64,000 nt of DNA from Botryllus schlosseri (Eukaryota): positions 5,952,001 through 6,016,000 of the forward strand of contig CM119372.1 of NCBI GenBank assembly GCA_051294905.1. Direction: 5' to 3'. Positions 12,661 to 24,600 of this stretch are shown here, one piece after another. A model generated the notes under the pieces. The model searched no databases and had not been told where the DNA came from. It was given only the letters and a program-made list of their open reading frames with translations. The translations under genes and the position numbers were made by a program. Position 1 is the first letter of the stretch. Each line of letters begins with the position of its first letter.

Positions 12661-14868
12661 TAGGGTTAGTTCGGATATCAATAATTTTCACTATCCGGAT
12701 AACGGATATATCCGGATATTTGAAATTTAGCTAACCGGTTAACCGGATCAGACTTGGACAACTAGATAATTCTAGTTGTCTAATTTCACTGAATTAGAGC
12801 AAAATGCCAGTAATCTAATTCTAATCTAATTTGTGAAACGTTTCGATGCTCTAATTCTAATTCTAATCTAATTTGTGAAATGTTCATATGTTCTAATTCT
12901 AATTCTAATCTAATTTGTGAAATGTCCCTATTCTCTAATTCTAGTTCTAATCGAATTATTGTTTTCGTGAAAATGCCTCTTTGTCCGAGGCATATTGCAC
13001 TATTGCAGTGAGTTAACAAGAATATCTCCTCTTGCGCAAGGAAATCCAGTGCCAAGCCGCCATCGCCTTACTTACACCGCGCAGTCATAGTAGATATTAT
13101 GACGAATAATAGCCTGCTAGAGTAACTTGTAGTCTGCGATAACATTCTAGTTTTTGAAACTTTACGTTAATACATCGCCGTTCCGACTAACATGGGCGAT
13201 GCCCATGGTTACCATAAAAGAAGTAATATTTCATTAAAGTATAGTAAAAATTGAGCCAAGCTTGGTGTACAGAAGTTAACAATTCTCATGGGTATAGGAA
13301 TGCACTGTTGTTGTTGTTGTTGTTGTTGTTTATTAAACAAAAATATGTGGCGCTTATCGCCTGACGGCCTTTTGCACCACGCACTGTGATTTGATATGAA
13401 CTGAATTTTGCTGTATTCATTTCCCATATACAATTTCATTCAATTTCCAAGTTTTTGGAAACTGAGTACCTCTAATTCTAATTCTAATCTAATTTGGAAA
13501 AAGCTTGGTAGCTCTAATTTTAATTCTAATCTAATTTGGAAAAAGCTTAGTAGCTCTAATTCTAATTCTAATCTAATTTGGAAAAACTGTAGCTCTAATT
13601 CTAATTCTAATCTAATTAAAGAAAAACTGTGGAGCTCTAATTCTAATTCTAATCTAATTCAGAAAAGCTGAAAATTTTCTAGTTGTCCAAGTCTGAACCG
13701 GATAATGAATGCTAAGTGAGATAATCGATTTCACGGGTCTGCATGAAAAATGGATCGGAAAATCATTACACAGTGTTATGGTAGATTTATACGCACACGC
13801 GCAATACGAGCGAATACGTGAAAAATCACGCAAATTTCATGTTCACTGCTTCTGCAACTCCCTCCTTATAAAGTACACTACAACAATAGTGGTATCCTGT
13901 AGCCGGGACCGAAGATTTGTAACATAGAGTCCACATGTATTAAATGCCCTTTCTGCTTCCACAAAATGGGCTGAATATAGTAAGCAGCGCTTCCTTTTTG
14001 CCCATTCTTCTGTTTAGGTGTCCAGTACTGCAAGGACGAGTAGCTAATACTGGAATTGAGGCCGACATGATAGCTCGCTCTAATTCCTTAAAGGGAAATT
14101 CACATGATCAGGCCCATAGCCAGCCGAAAAATAAGGGGGGTGGTTGTTTGAAATAAAACGAGCGGTGTTTTAAATAAAACGAGGGGGGTTCGATTTTTTT
14201 TTCGAATTTAGTATCAGCGGAAATCAATTACGCTTGCACGCACGAACATGGTTGCGAAATGCGAACATTCGATGTCATTCAGTTTCGCGATGTCACTCAT
14301 TAATCACAATCGCGGATCATAATAGTCTTAGCGGCATATTGTCTCCAAGCCACCAAGAGATAGGAGCCAACGCATGCCAGGCACGAGACTGGATGGGTAC
14401 GCCAGCGATGATATCGTTCGTACCATGCCTATTGCAGATGCGATTGTGTAGGCCAGCGATAATATCGTGAGCACCAAGCCAATGCGATTATGTGGACCAG
14501 TGATGGTATAAAGTCCACAGAGCCTATTGCAGATGGGATTCTGCCAGCGGAACTATAGGCTTGTTGAAGACTCGAAAAATCAGGCCAGCAACGATAGCCG
14601 AGTTTGCAGCAATCAATGACCTAATTTGGCGATCTTCTCAGCGGAAGATATACACTGCATTGACGTATCTCGCTAATTGGCGACATGCTTCTCGCTGATT
14701 GGCCCCGCGCAACAGTGATAATACGATTTATTGAAGCTTCCTAAAAGTTAAAACACAATATTAACGATACTATTTTATCCGGTTAACCGGCAGATTTATA
14801 TCCGGATATCGGATAACAAAAAAAACCGCGTTTAACCGGTTAACCGTTATCCGGATAATCCAACCCTA
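12661..14868 (-). mobile_element. hAT element of the 694-3232 family, opposite orientation, nested in Chapaev3
   Basis: TAGGGTT...AACCCTA; exact TSD aaccacac; internal sequence is the reverse complement of parts of 694-3232. Confidence 0.9.
12749..13695. mobile_element. hAT MITE with (ctaatt) subterminal repeats, nested in 12661-14868
   Basis: 18-bp TIR cagacttggacaactaga; exact TSD aaccggat. Confidence 0.9.
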
Positions 14869-17800
14869 AACCACACATTCTGAACCAACACGAACTTGAT
14901 GATTTAGGCCTATTTGGGACTCACAAAATGAAATGCGGAAATTCTGACTCCAAGGTTGAAACTAGGGAACTTGCTGTATTCATCGTGTCGATGTCCTTCG
15001 TCGAGAAAAGTTCATGAACGATTTTCACGGTTTTTATGTGTGGCAGGTTTTGCGGGAATGTTGGCAATCTTTTTAAAAGCACTTGACAATGAAATGACTA
15101 CGAGAGAAGTAGGAGTATTCAAAGCATTTCGAGATGTAGTTGAAAATTTTCTTAAAAATGAACGAAGCAATGAATATGAACCTCTGGTAAACAATATGAC
15201 CGAGATATATGAAAAAATGATATGGGGCATGTCCTTAAAAATGCATTACCTGCACTTTCACCTTGATTTTAATTGGTTAGAATATAAGTGATGTAAGCGA
15301 GGAAAATAGTGACTTATTTCAGCAGGATGCGTACGATTTGAAAAGAAGATACTAAGGGTGGTGGAGTTGTATCATGATGTGGGATTATATAAGGTCCATA
15401 ATACCAGCAGATTCCTCAGACCAAAATAATGAAAACAAAACCACTTCGGAAATTGTTTGAAGTGTTTCCATCCTTTTATAATTTATGGTAGCCAACATTT
15501 TTGCACCTTCCTTCTTTTAGTTAGAGTGCTTTTACGTTCAATAAAGAATTAGGCGTATTATTACAGGACGATTTGAGTAAAACGAGAAATCAGAAAAAGT
15601 AACATTTCTCAAAGACTAGGGACACTTCAGAAGAAATGCTTGTATTTTAGTGATTGGTTGGGAGTAGCAAAACACAATATATAAAAATTTTGGCCAACTA
15701 AAACTTTTGCAAAATTTTGTTACACGGTGTAATCAACTCAGTAAGTAGTGCAAGTGAGTGCCCCGAAAAAGTAGAAGTAATCCACATGTATATTATCTTC
15801 AAAACATTTCGTGATAGAAAACAATAACGTCAGGTTTGGATTCAGCGTCCCAGAATTCGCTAGAAATGAATCAAACACAGTCTTACGCAAAATTGCGTAG
15901 ACCAGTGTAATGGGTCAATATAATACAGATCTCATTTCTTTAACATTCGAACTGGCGGTAATGTTTATAACACTCTCCATGATCAGTCACTCCCTTTTAT
16001 CTTGAGTTTTCTTCCTAAGAATAGCAAATCTGTTTTCCAAGCTTCGCGATATGCAGGAATGAAAACGAACGTAAATAATGTCAGATCACAAATACACCGC
16101 ATCAACATCTTTGAAGGGGCACTACGCTCTAAATATTACGTGGTCTCAAACTAAAGTTGAAGGTGTGAAAAATATTTTGGCGTCAGCCATTTTCGTCAGA
16201 AAACCACCGTTCTCTAACTTTAACTCGAGTAAAAATTTGCGGTGACTTAAGAGGACTTGTGACTCGCAGGCATAGTGACTTGATCCCAAATCTGCCATGT
16301 ACTTGGTATTCATAAACTTGTTGCAGATCTTGCACGATAATTTTCCCGTTTATTCTATCAGTATGTTAGTTTAGCTTACCACGGGTAATATTGATAGCTT
16401 TACACCACGCTTCTTGCAACTTATTGTCAAATTACAAAGGCTGGGTGATCTTACAACACGTTTGGTACTATTTGTTGAATTCTGAGATCCTCCATAATAG
16501 AACTTTGGGGGATTGTATTTCGTCGCTTTCAGTATCACCTATTGTAGCATGGGAAATCCCTTACTCGGAAATGCAGCGGGCGTTTTTGTGCGATGTACAG
16601 TTTGACTCAACAATAGGTGGCGCTAAACAGTTAATTGTAGACCGCCAAAAATTTTCCTACCATATAACTGGGTATCTGCTCATCGATTACAGCGTGATTC
16701 ATCATTACAACGTAAGGCACGATGTCTAAACCAATAAATATTATCAAGACTAGTAGGTAGCTTTATGAGTAGCTTTTAGCAGTTAAAAAAGTAACTTTAA
16801 GCAAGACGGTACTTTCGTGTAGGCATATCCTCCGATTGGGCCATTAGTAGGTAGATTCAATTTATTAGCAAATACGCCAAAGGTAAACGTGGGTCCCCGG
16901 TAGAGTGTGTATCGATATAGTGATTCCTACTTCGTACAACATACAGTGTACCAGTAACGTAACTCTAGAAGTGAATGATTTTGATTCTGCCATAAGTTCT
17001 TACCATGTGTGTTTTAAGTGTTGGTGATTTTGATGATGATCCACATGCTTGTATGGCGAAAAGAAATTGGCTTTTTGCTGCATTAATAACGTTGAGTGGC
17101 TCGAGTCCTTGCCCTTGAATACCATTACTTGACTGGAATGATTGCCCGTAAATGACTTGAGTTGATTCGAAGTCGATATATAGGAAATATGGAATGACTC
17201 GTGACTATTAATTTCAAGGCACCTAGTAGGCGTATTTTACTTCGCACAGCATTGTTGAATTCCCAGCCGCGCAAGAAAGCACTGCGTCATCAATCCTTTA
17301 TAAGATTTTCCAATTCCAGCCACCTTTCCTATATATGCCTAATTTAGTAAGTAGTGACAACGCAGACGAATACTTTCGGCATCCCTTTCACTGCAGTTAT
17401 AATGTCTTGAACTGAAATTGTACTGTATTATCATTACTAATAGTATACATGCTTTTTGATTACAACTAATTCAGAGCTTTTGATGTTCGCATAAACTGAT
17501 GTGATCTTACGGATAAAATGTTAATTCATGAAACACGATTGAGGAGCAATCGAAGTCTTCAGAAAAGCTCTCTGAGAACACTATTACATCAATACTGAAA
17601 GTTATTCCGATACTAAAATATGTCATGCGTCGCGCCTTTAACTTTATCACTCATCGTTGAATGGACCAATTGCTCTTTTCATTGCCTCTTAGTTGGTGAT
17701 ATCTCGATTTCCATATGAGTACGCTTTTGTCGGTGCAGATCGCCAAATTCTCTACTACGACTCCGATCATATTTCTTCAAAATGGAATCCGGCGCCGATC

Positions 17801-18599
17801 CGGATCCGGCCAAACATGAACAAATCCGGCGGATATGAAATCCATTCCCAGTTCTAGTACTGTGATGATCTGAAATCAACGGGCAGAAATATAATTTCAC
17901 TATGCCATCTCGGAACATTCAGTAGCATTTTGAGATGAGATTTGTTTAGTTTATTGTTGGTATGATTTTATCCTTTCAAAAAGACCAGACGACTTCGATA
18001 CAATGGAAGGATTGGAAAGTGTCCAAACAACTCGGGGTAGCCTTTAAGATCATATACGGTCCCGGGCCACTAGAGTCTAGACTCTGACGATGTATAAAGA
18101 TAAGTCATGGACACTGAATTAAAAGTAACGTAAAAAGAACAAGCAATAAGAGTGAGGTGGCATTATCGGAAGGCGAGGTTGATTTATCAGATCATGGCGC
18201 GGTAATAGCTATCGGCTTCCACAGTAGAAAATACTGCTGGAACTATTATTTTCGTTGATAAACTTACTCTTAGTGGCAAGGAGCGCATAATTTGACAACT
18301 CAAAAATCATCTGTCACTACCCGAATCAATAGAATTAATACTCGATTCAGATTCAAGTACTCGAATCATTGTGCCCAGTCAGAACATAAGGATAAAAATA
18401 AGGACAAATCAGACAGGACAAATCTGAGAAATACAAGGACGATATGACAACCCTGCCTATAAAGCTCCCTGCATCCGATATTTTTTATGATCTCAATCAC
18501 TCTGACTGTATATAAGTATTGTACTCATTGTTTTAGAAACTATCATAAATATCAGTGATAACACATTCTAAACATGTTGAAATAAAGATCTCAGATACC

Positions 18600-18663
18600 A
18601 TGGCTCTTTGGGGATGTATCATAATTGCTTCACTGCTCATATCGTGCAGTGAGTCAACGACAG
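18600..18663 (+). CDS. Signal-peptide first coding exon [21 protein letters not shown]
   Basis: ATG at 18600, hydrophobic core then small residues, phase-1 donor ACAG|GTACGT matching the phase-1 sushi exons downstream. Confidence 0.75.
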
Positions 18664-21600
18664 GTACGTTACTGTTATTAAACCGTTTCCCAAAATATAT
18701 GTTTTAGAGTCAGGTTTCAATAAATACGGATGATTTTGAAACTTCAATTGAAACTTGCTCTTGCATGGCTCTTGCATGAAATATTGTATGGCGTTGGACA
18801 GTGTCGGGTCAGGCGCAATGCTAGAAATATATGACTATTCGCTTGTTTCTGTAGTTTCCCATTTAACACCGAACGAAAATCATTAGTTAACTGATGTTAA
18901 TAGATTTTCTTCGTGATATTTTCCATTCAATATCGGCAGCCTGAACGGTCGAATCATTGTTACACAATCGTCGTTGCGTGGCCTCACGTTGCCTATTTCT
19001 ATGTCCAGTTGAGTCTTGAGCTCGAGCCTCATTCGCGATACCAGAGTGTATTACTCCCACAACTGACAACTAGCAGCTTATAAAAGAGGACCATTGTTTC
19101 GAATGTTCCAACGATTGATTTAGCTGTTAAAGTTGAGTGTATAAAAGAGAAAGTCCGTGCACCAAATGCACATCGCGGAACTTGTTGTAGAAGTAAATTC
19201 AAAATCGAGCCGTTGATCTGCTTCTGATACATCCCAAATCATCATTCCAATTTAACAGCAAACAATTCCAGAGTTAAGATTAACTTTTTACGATTGATTC
19301 AATTTTCTTCGAATCCCAATCCTGACTTTGTGTCTCCTCGCGATCAAAGATTCTATAATCACAAATCAAAATTTGCCTCTCATTGCCACTCTAAATTTGC
19401 AATTTATATTAAGTTCTATACCATAATTCCAAGTCCAAGTCGATATCTCCATGCGGAATTATGCTTTCTCTCGTTTCGTGAAGCTAGATGTGGTGCAAGT
19501 AGGCTATTATAGTTAAAGATGATACTTGAATGCAGATAAAATTATTTGACTACTATTCCGCTCAATCACAAGCAGAAATAGAGAAGCTGTCGGACTTGCT
19601 AACGCGTCGAAGAATTTTGTCAGCTGATTTCTTGTGACAGCCTTCAAGACCGAAATCTGAACTATCGCTATCAGCGCGAAATCACTGAAGAGTTTTTGTT
19701 TTATTACTCACACATGATATATGACGCGTCTAGCCTTTTCGGTTGCTTCGTCATAATTCGGATTTTTGTCTTTTGTTACGCTTTTGCGAAATGAGTAATT
19801 ACGTCCCAATTAGGTGCAATGAACGGGATGGTATCTGGACACAAAATTGAGACGCTGACAGAATGGCAGGGGGGTCAAACTTAACTTGGGTCGCGGGCCG
19901 GATTCAAAAGTTTTGATCGCTCGCGTGCCGGACCAGTCAAATGATTCCAATATGTTACCTTCAAATCTATACCCTTGTTTTTCACTGGAATGCTTTATTA
20001 TCAACGCTATATGCAAAACGGTATTATATATTATATCGCGGATCACGTGGGCTCTATTCGAGCAAACACCGTTATTCGCAAGCAATGGAATTGGCAAGCA
20101 TTCGATGATTGGCCAATTGTATGCAGATATAAACCACTAAAACAGTGGCTCTGACGACGATATAAGTTGGAATATTTCTATACTGCCGCTGTATTAATCA
20201 CAATGCCTCGTTGGAACTGGAAGAGGAAGCACTGAATATATCGACTTGAGTAACTTCAAAAAATTGACAAATTGTACTTGAGTCCTCCATAAACAGAAGT
20301 ATTTCGTTACCAAGTGTACCAGTCACACATAAATGAGCACGGTCATACGCCTACATAAACTCCATAAACTCCTGCATGCCGAAATGTGGATTCAAATCCT
20401 GTACTTGGACACGCTTTTCACCAATATTTCAAATCGAACATCCAACCTGCACTCCTTTCAGACGTGCACATTGCTCAAAATAAAGTGGCAATGCGTATTT
20501 TTTAATAAAATTCATTTTGTCACCATAAAGTTTCGTTTGATGCTTCGCGGCAATTATGTGTGTCGCGAAATGTTCAGCGTGACTCAAAATGGGTTGATAT
20601 ACATTGACCTCTCTAGGATATCAAACTATAAAGGGCAGTAAAATCTGATGAGAGGTCATAAGTTTCTTATGCGCATAAATTATAGATAGATGAATAGAGG
20701 TGGTATGTCGTTCTGCTTCTTTCGTGTTTGACGCGTCCACTCAAGCAAAACAGTGGTGAAGCACGTCACACATGCATCCCGCCTCCACCCTGCTCATATA
20801 GCTGGACCTGATACCAACACAGGTTTCACTCGCCGGTATGCCTGGATTCTGGGATACAGACGGGCAAGATCAACTCATTACTTCTGGTTTGGGGATCAGT
20901 GATATAACCACTGAGCTTCCATAAAAAATATCTATTTGGTAGTTTATGACCTTATATACCTATTACACCGGGTCAGGCCTTTGTTATATTGACTCGAATG
21001 GACATGAGTAACACGTTTCTGGTCCACAAATCCATAGCAGCTAATCACCATTTTTCGCAAATATTCACCTATATACCCACCCACACATGACGGGGATTGG
21101 AAATTCAATCACAACATCACTCTCTACTTTGAAGATCTAAAATGCACCAAAAAATGTTGAATTACAAGTGGATGATGAAGGTAACTACTTGATTAGTTCG
21201 CAAATATTAACAAATTCTTGAGTACATTCAAAAATGATACAATTATATATCGTTACCAACAATCTCTAAAGTTGAATGCGCATCTTACAAAATTCGATGT
21301 CGAAATGTGGATTCAAATCCTGCACTTAATTATACTTTCCACCAACATTCCTACTGAAATATAAGACACACTATTTACAGACATGCGCATTGCACATAAC
21401 AGATGTAGTTACCAGCAAAATAGCCTACATGTACCTGCGATTAGTCCTTGCTAGTTGGATGGATTCCGTCATTATAAAGTTTCGTTTGTTGTGTGGCGAG
21501 AATTATGCGAGTCATCAATTGTGCTGTGGCGCAAAATGGTATGATAAGCATTGTCCCAGGCCATGGCAATGCTGAGATCTCATAGAAGATATGAATTTTA

Positions 21601-24600
21601 TGGTATTTGACCGTATACCTATTAAACTGCGTCAGGAATGCTCTTTAAACTTAAAGAGCTTCTTGGAGGTACAGAACTTCAATATACAATTAAATAGTAT
21701 ATTCATATTGAAATGAACCCGAATATTTTCGGCTGACACTCGTCAGGGGTAATCGTCAGCAACTGTCACCAGGCTGGTGACGTCATATTTTGTGATACGA
21801 TTGTTGATATACGATGTTCTTTCCAATTCTCTACTAGTTGCTGACGATTACCCCTGACGAGTGTCAGCCGAAAATATTCGGGTTCATTTCTTTAAACTTA
21901 CGTCGCGGGATATAGTTGCATACATAATTACATGTATTCCATAATAGTGTACCGTACTCTCTTGCCTTGAAACCGGTGGTTATCATTATCCTGACTTTAT
22001 GCAGCTGTGACATGTACTGAAGAACCTCACTTTTCTAATGGAACTGTCGATTCACCATGCCAGTCTAACAGTATCTACGGTACCTCATGTTATATAACAT
22101 GCAACGAAGGCTATTATCTGAACGGCACTGGAAATGCAACATGTGTCGACACTAATACAACAGATCATACAAACATGGACGGGGAGTGGAACTACGGAGA
22201 CACTGCATGTATACGTAAGACGCCTTAGAGTTGTGTTTAAAACAAAAATCAATTTAAAACAAACATGTTCTTGTTTAAACCATGCTATTATTTTTTTTCC
22301 AAGCCCATGACGTCACGCATATTCAATTCTGACGTCATGCGGGATTGACATGCACAATTGAAAATATAGGGTAAATATAGCTCCTTTGACGAAATAGGCT
22401 TCCAACCCATGCCGTATACCAGGGGTCGAGAACCTTTTTCGATCGAAGAGCCATATTGGCCAAATATTTTCAATTGTCACTCCCAAAAGAGCCATTCATA
22501 TCAATCAAATGTTACGTCACAATTGAAAATTCGTGGGCTAATACATGGGCCATATTTTTCTGCCCATGTACGTAAGTGGAGCCAAACATGGTCACTACAG
22601 CAGTACATACGCACTGCAGGCTGTGATACGTCAGTGACGTGGGGTTAGGGGGATAAGTGATGCAGTGCTTCACATGTCGTGCGGGGCTAAGAGAAGGAAA
22701 ATTGTGAAACCTTCAATGATTTTTGGCATTTTCGATCGGTGTTTTGAATGATTAGATTTTGAGCATTTTTATTGCCAAAATCACAGAATTTCCATGTTTA
22801 TTGTTCGGAAATAAATCGCAAAAGAACAGGTACAGATGAGGCAGAGACGGTCCAGGCCTTATCAGTGATAGCGCAACTTATCGTAAATAGCTTAGAATTT
22901 CTAATCACTGTTATTTCTCGAATGTTATTGTCGCGTTGGTTCAGAAAATCTAAATATTGATCGACTTCTAAAGTATTCGGCGTAACATAACGTTGCGCTA
23001 CACACCTATTTTACGGTGGTGCTAGAAAGCTACTTAGCAATCAAGAACATGGATACTGGATAGCTATGGCGTTCTTTTTAAATAGAATGTGTAATTGTGA
23101 ATGTCACTTCTAAGTCAGTTTATTTCCCGGCGTTGAAAAGGAAGACAATGTGTAAGTGAAACTGCATTATCCTACAAGCGTCACCATGTCAGTTATTCTC
23201 TTTGATCAATCAAGGTATCGTGCAATCCAAGATTTCGAAGTGCACGATGGAGGGTATATCGAATTCGCGAGTGGTGTTAGTCGCCAGCGCAACAGCAACT
23301 TAAATTTGAGAATTTTGTAAAGGGGTGACGAGTCCCTAATCTTGTATGCTCCGCTGTCTTAACCTTTCCAAGACCTGTTCATGCTGCTACGAGAATAATT
23401 ATCCTGCCCACCATGAAAATTTTCTGACAAGTTTGGGCAATATCGATAAATCAAGTACATATTTGTATCGCGAGCGTTACGAAATGCGCGAATGTATCAG
23501 ATAATCATGTCAGATTAGTAAGTATCAATTAGTCCAAATGTCCGTATCTTAGTAAGATAATCTTCACAGCCATTACCTGCGGCACATCTGCGGAAGTACA
23601 GGGCGGGTACATCGCAGATGAATGTGACAGTGGAAGTCTATACGATGCTACATGCCAAGTAATCTGCTATGATAGTTATTATATCAGGGGGGATAAAGTG
23701 GTCACGTCGATATACCTCATTCAGATGATATAAACGAGAATGGGAAATGGAATCAATATAAATATAATAAAAAATATTATTTAACGTCGTCCCGCGCTTT
23801 TTGAATTCAACATACCCCCATTGATGATAGTGAAATATTTTGCACCTCCCCTATCGCCATATCGCCATACCACAAAAATATTTATAAGAGCAACCAGAAT
23901 GTTTGCAATGCCAACGCATTGTTTGTGGCATTGAAGGTGCAGTGTGACTGTCGTTGGCAAACGCGAATATTGCAATAATTTGATGACTACATTCATTGCA
24001 GTATAATTTACTTCACGCGTTTTCTTACTTATAACTAGGCCTACGCATATCTACTGGTGCAGCTGGTCTGTGCCATACTTTCCGAGTGCGTTCACCGTAC
24101 ATACCGGACATTTCATAGTTCACAGGTAATTCACTTATTGTTGACAGTACAGACGACAATCGATGCATATTACATTTCATGTTCATTAAGTTCGTGACAG
24201 GGGTTGTAAAACTACGGTACGCATATCCTAAAGTAATTTCGGGGGTACGCAAGCAATTTCATGCTATGACTAATTGGTAAATTTTCTTACTTAATTTTAG
24301 CTATGAGGTGTGGAGTAGTTCCTAATATTCCAAACGGAGAGTATAGGGAGGGATGCTCTGATAATGTGGTCAATGCAACGTGCACTATATCGTGTAACGA
24401 TGGGTATTATCGGAATGGAAGTGACACAGTTAACTGCACTGATCCCGACCTGGAGAGCAATACCAATATGGATGGAGAATGGAATTACGATACTGCATGT
24501 ATACGTAAGTTGTCTTTATATAGCGGTGTACTTCCGAGTAAAGTTCATTGTTGCAATATTTAATTAGTACACTCGTATTACTACCAACGAAAATGGGTAA

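Larger units (their letters stand above)
10736..15907 (+). mobile_element. Degenerate Chapaev3-type (CMC) transposon
   Basis: TIR CACTGGTCTAC at both ends; 3-bp flanks tag/taa; transposase remnants at about 12290-12450 (IGDKDK...CYFC) and 15080-15400 (FRDVVENFL...MSLKMHYLHFHLDF). Confidence 0.8.
21654..21890. mobile_element. 237-bp insertion with 55-bp perfect inverted arms; Penelope-like retroelement remnant
   Basis: 10-bp TSD tttaaactta (21644-21653, 21891-21900); empty site at about 26213-26222 in the paralogous unit; arms at 21710-21764 and 21836-21890. Confidence 0.7.

Noticed and set aside
13305-13330. Poly-Gln ORF; similar (gca)n at about 30770 and (cat)n at about 31445
   Set aside because: Short microsatellites with no coding support.
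12786-13671. ORFs with ELELE or SNSNSN repeats
   Set aside because: Translations of the ctaatt subterminal repeats of a MITE.
18509-18556. TATA/Inr promoter for the signal exon
   Set aside because: TATATAAG is present, but spacing to Inr-like motifs is wrong; the AG at 18535-18536 could instead be a splice or trans-splice acceptor.
20802-20822. 21-nt phase 1-1 micro-exon (AGPDTNT)
   Set aside because: Weak donor GTTTCA and no independent support; could be chance.
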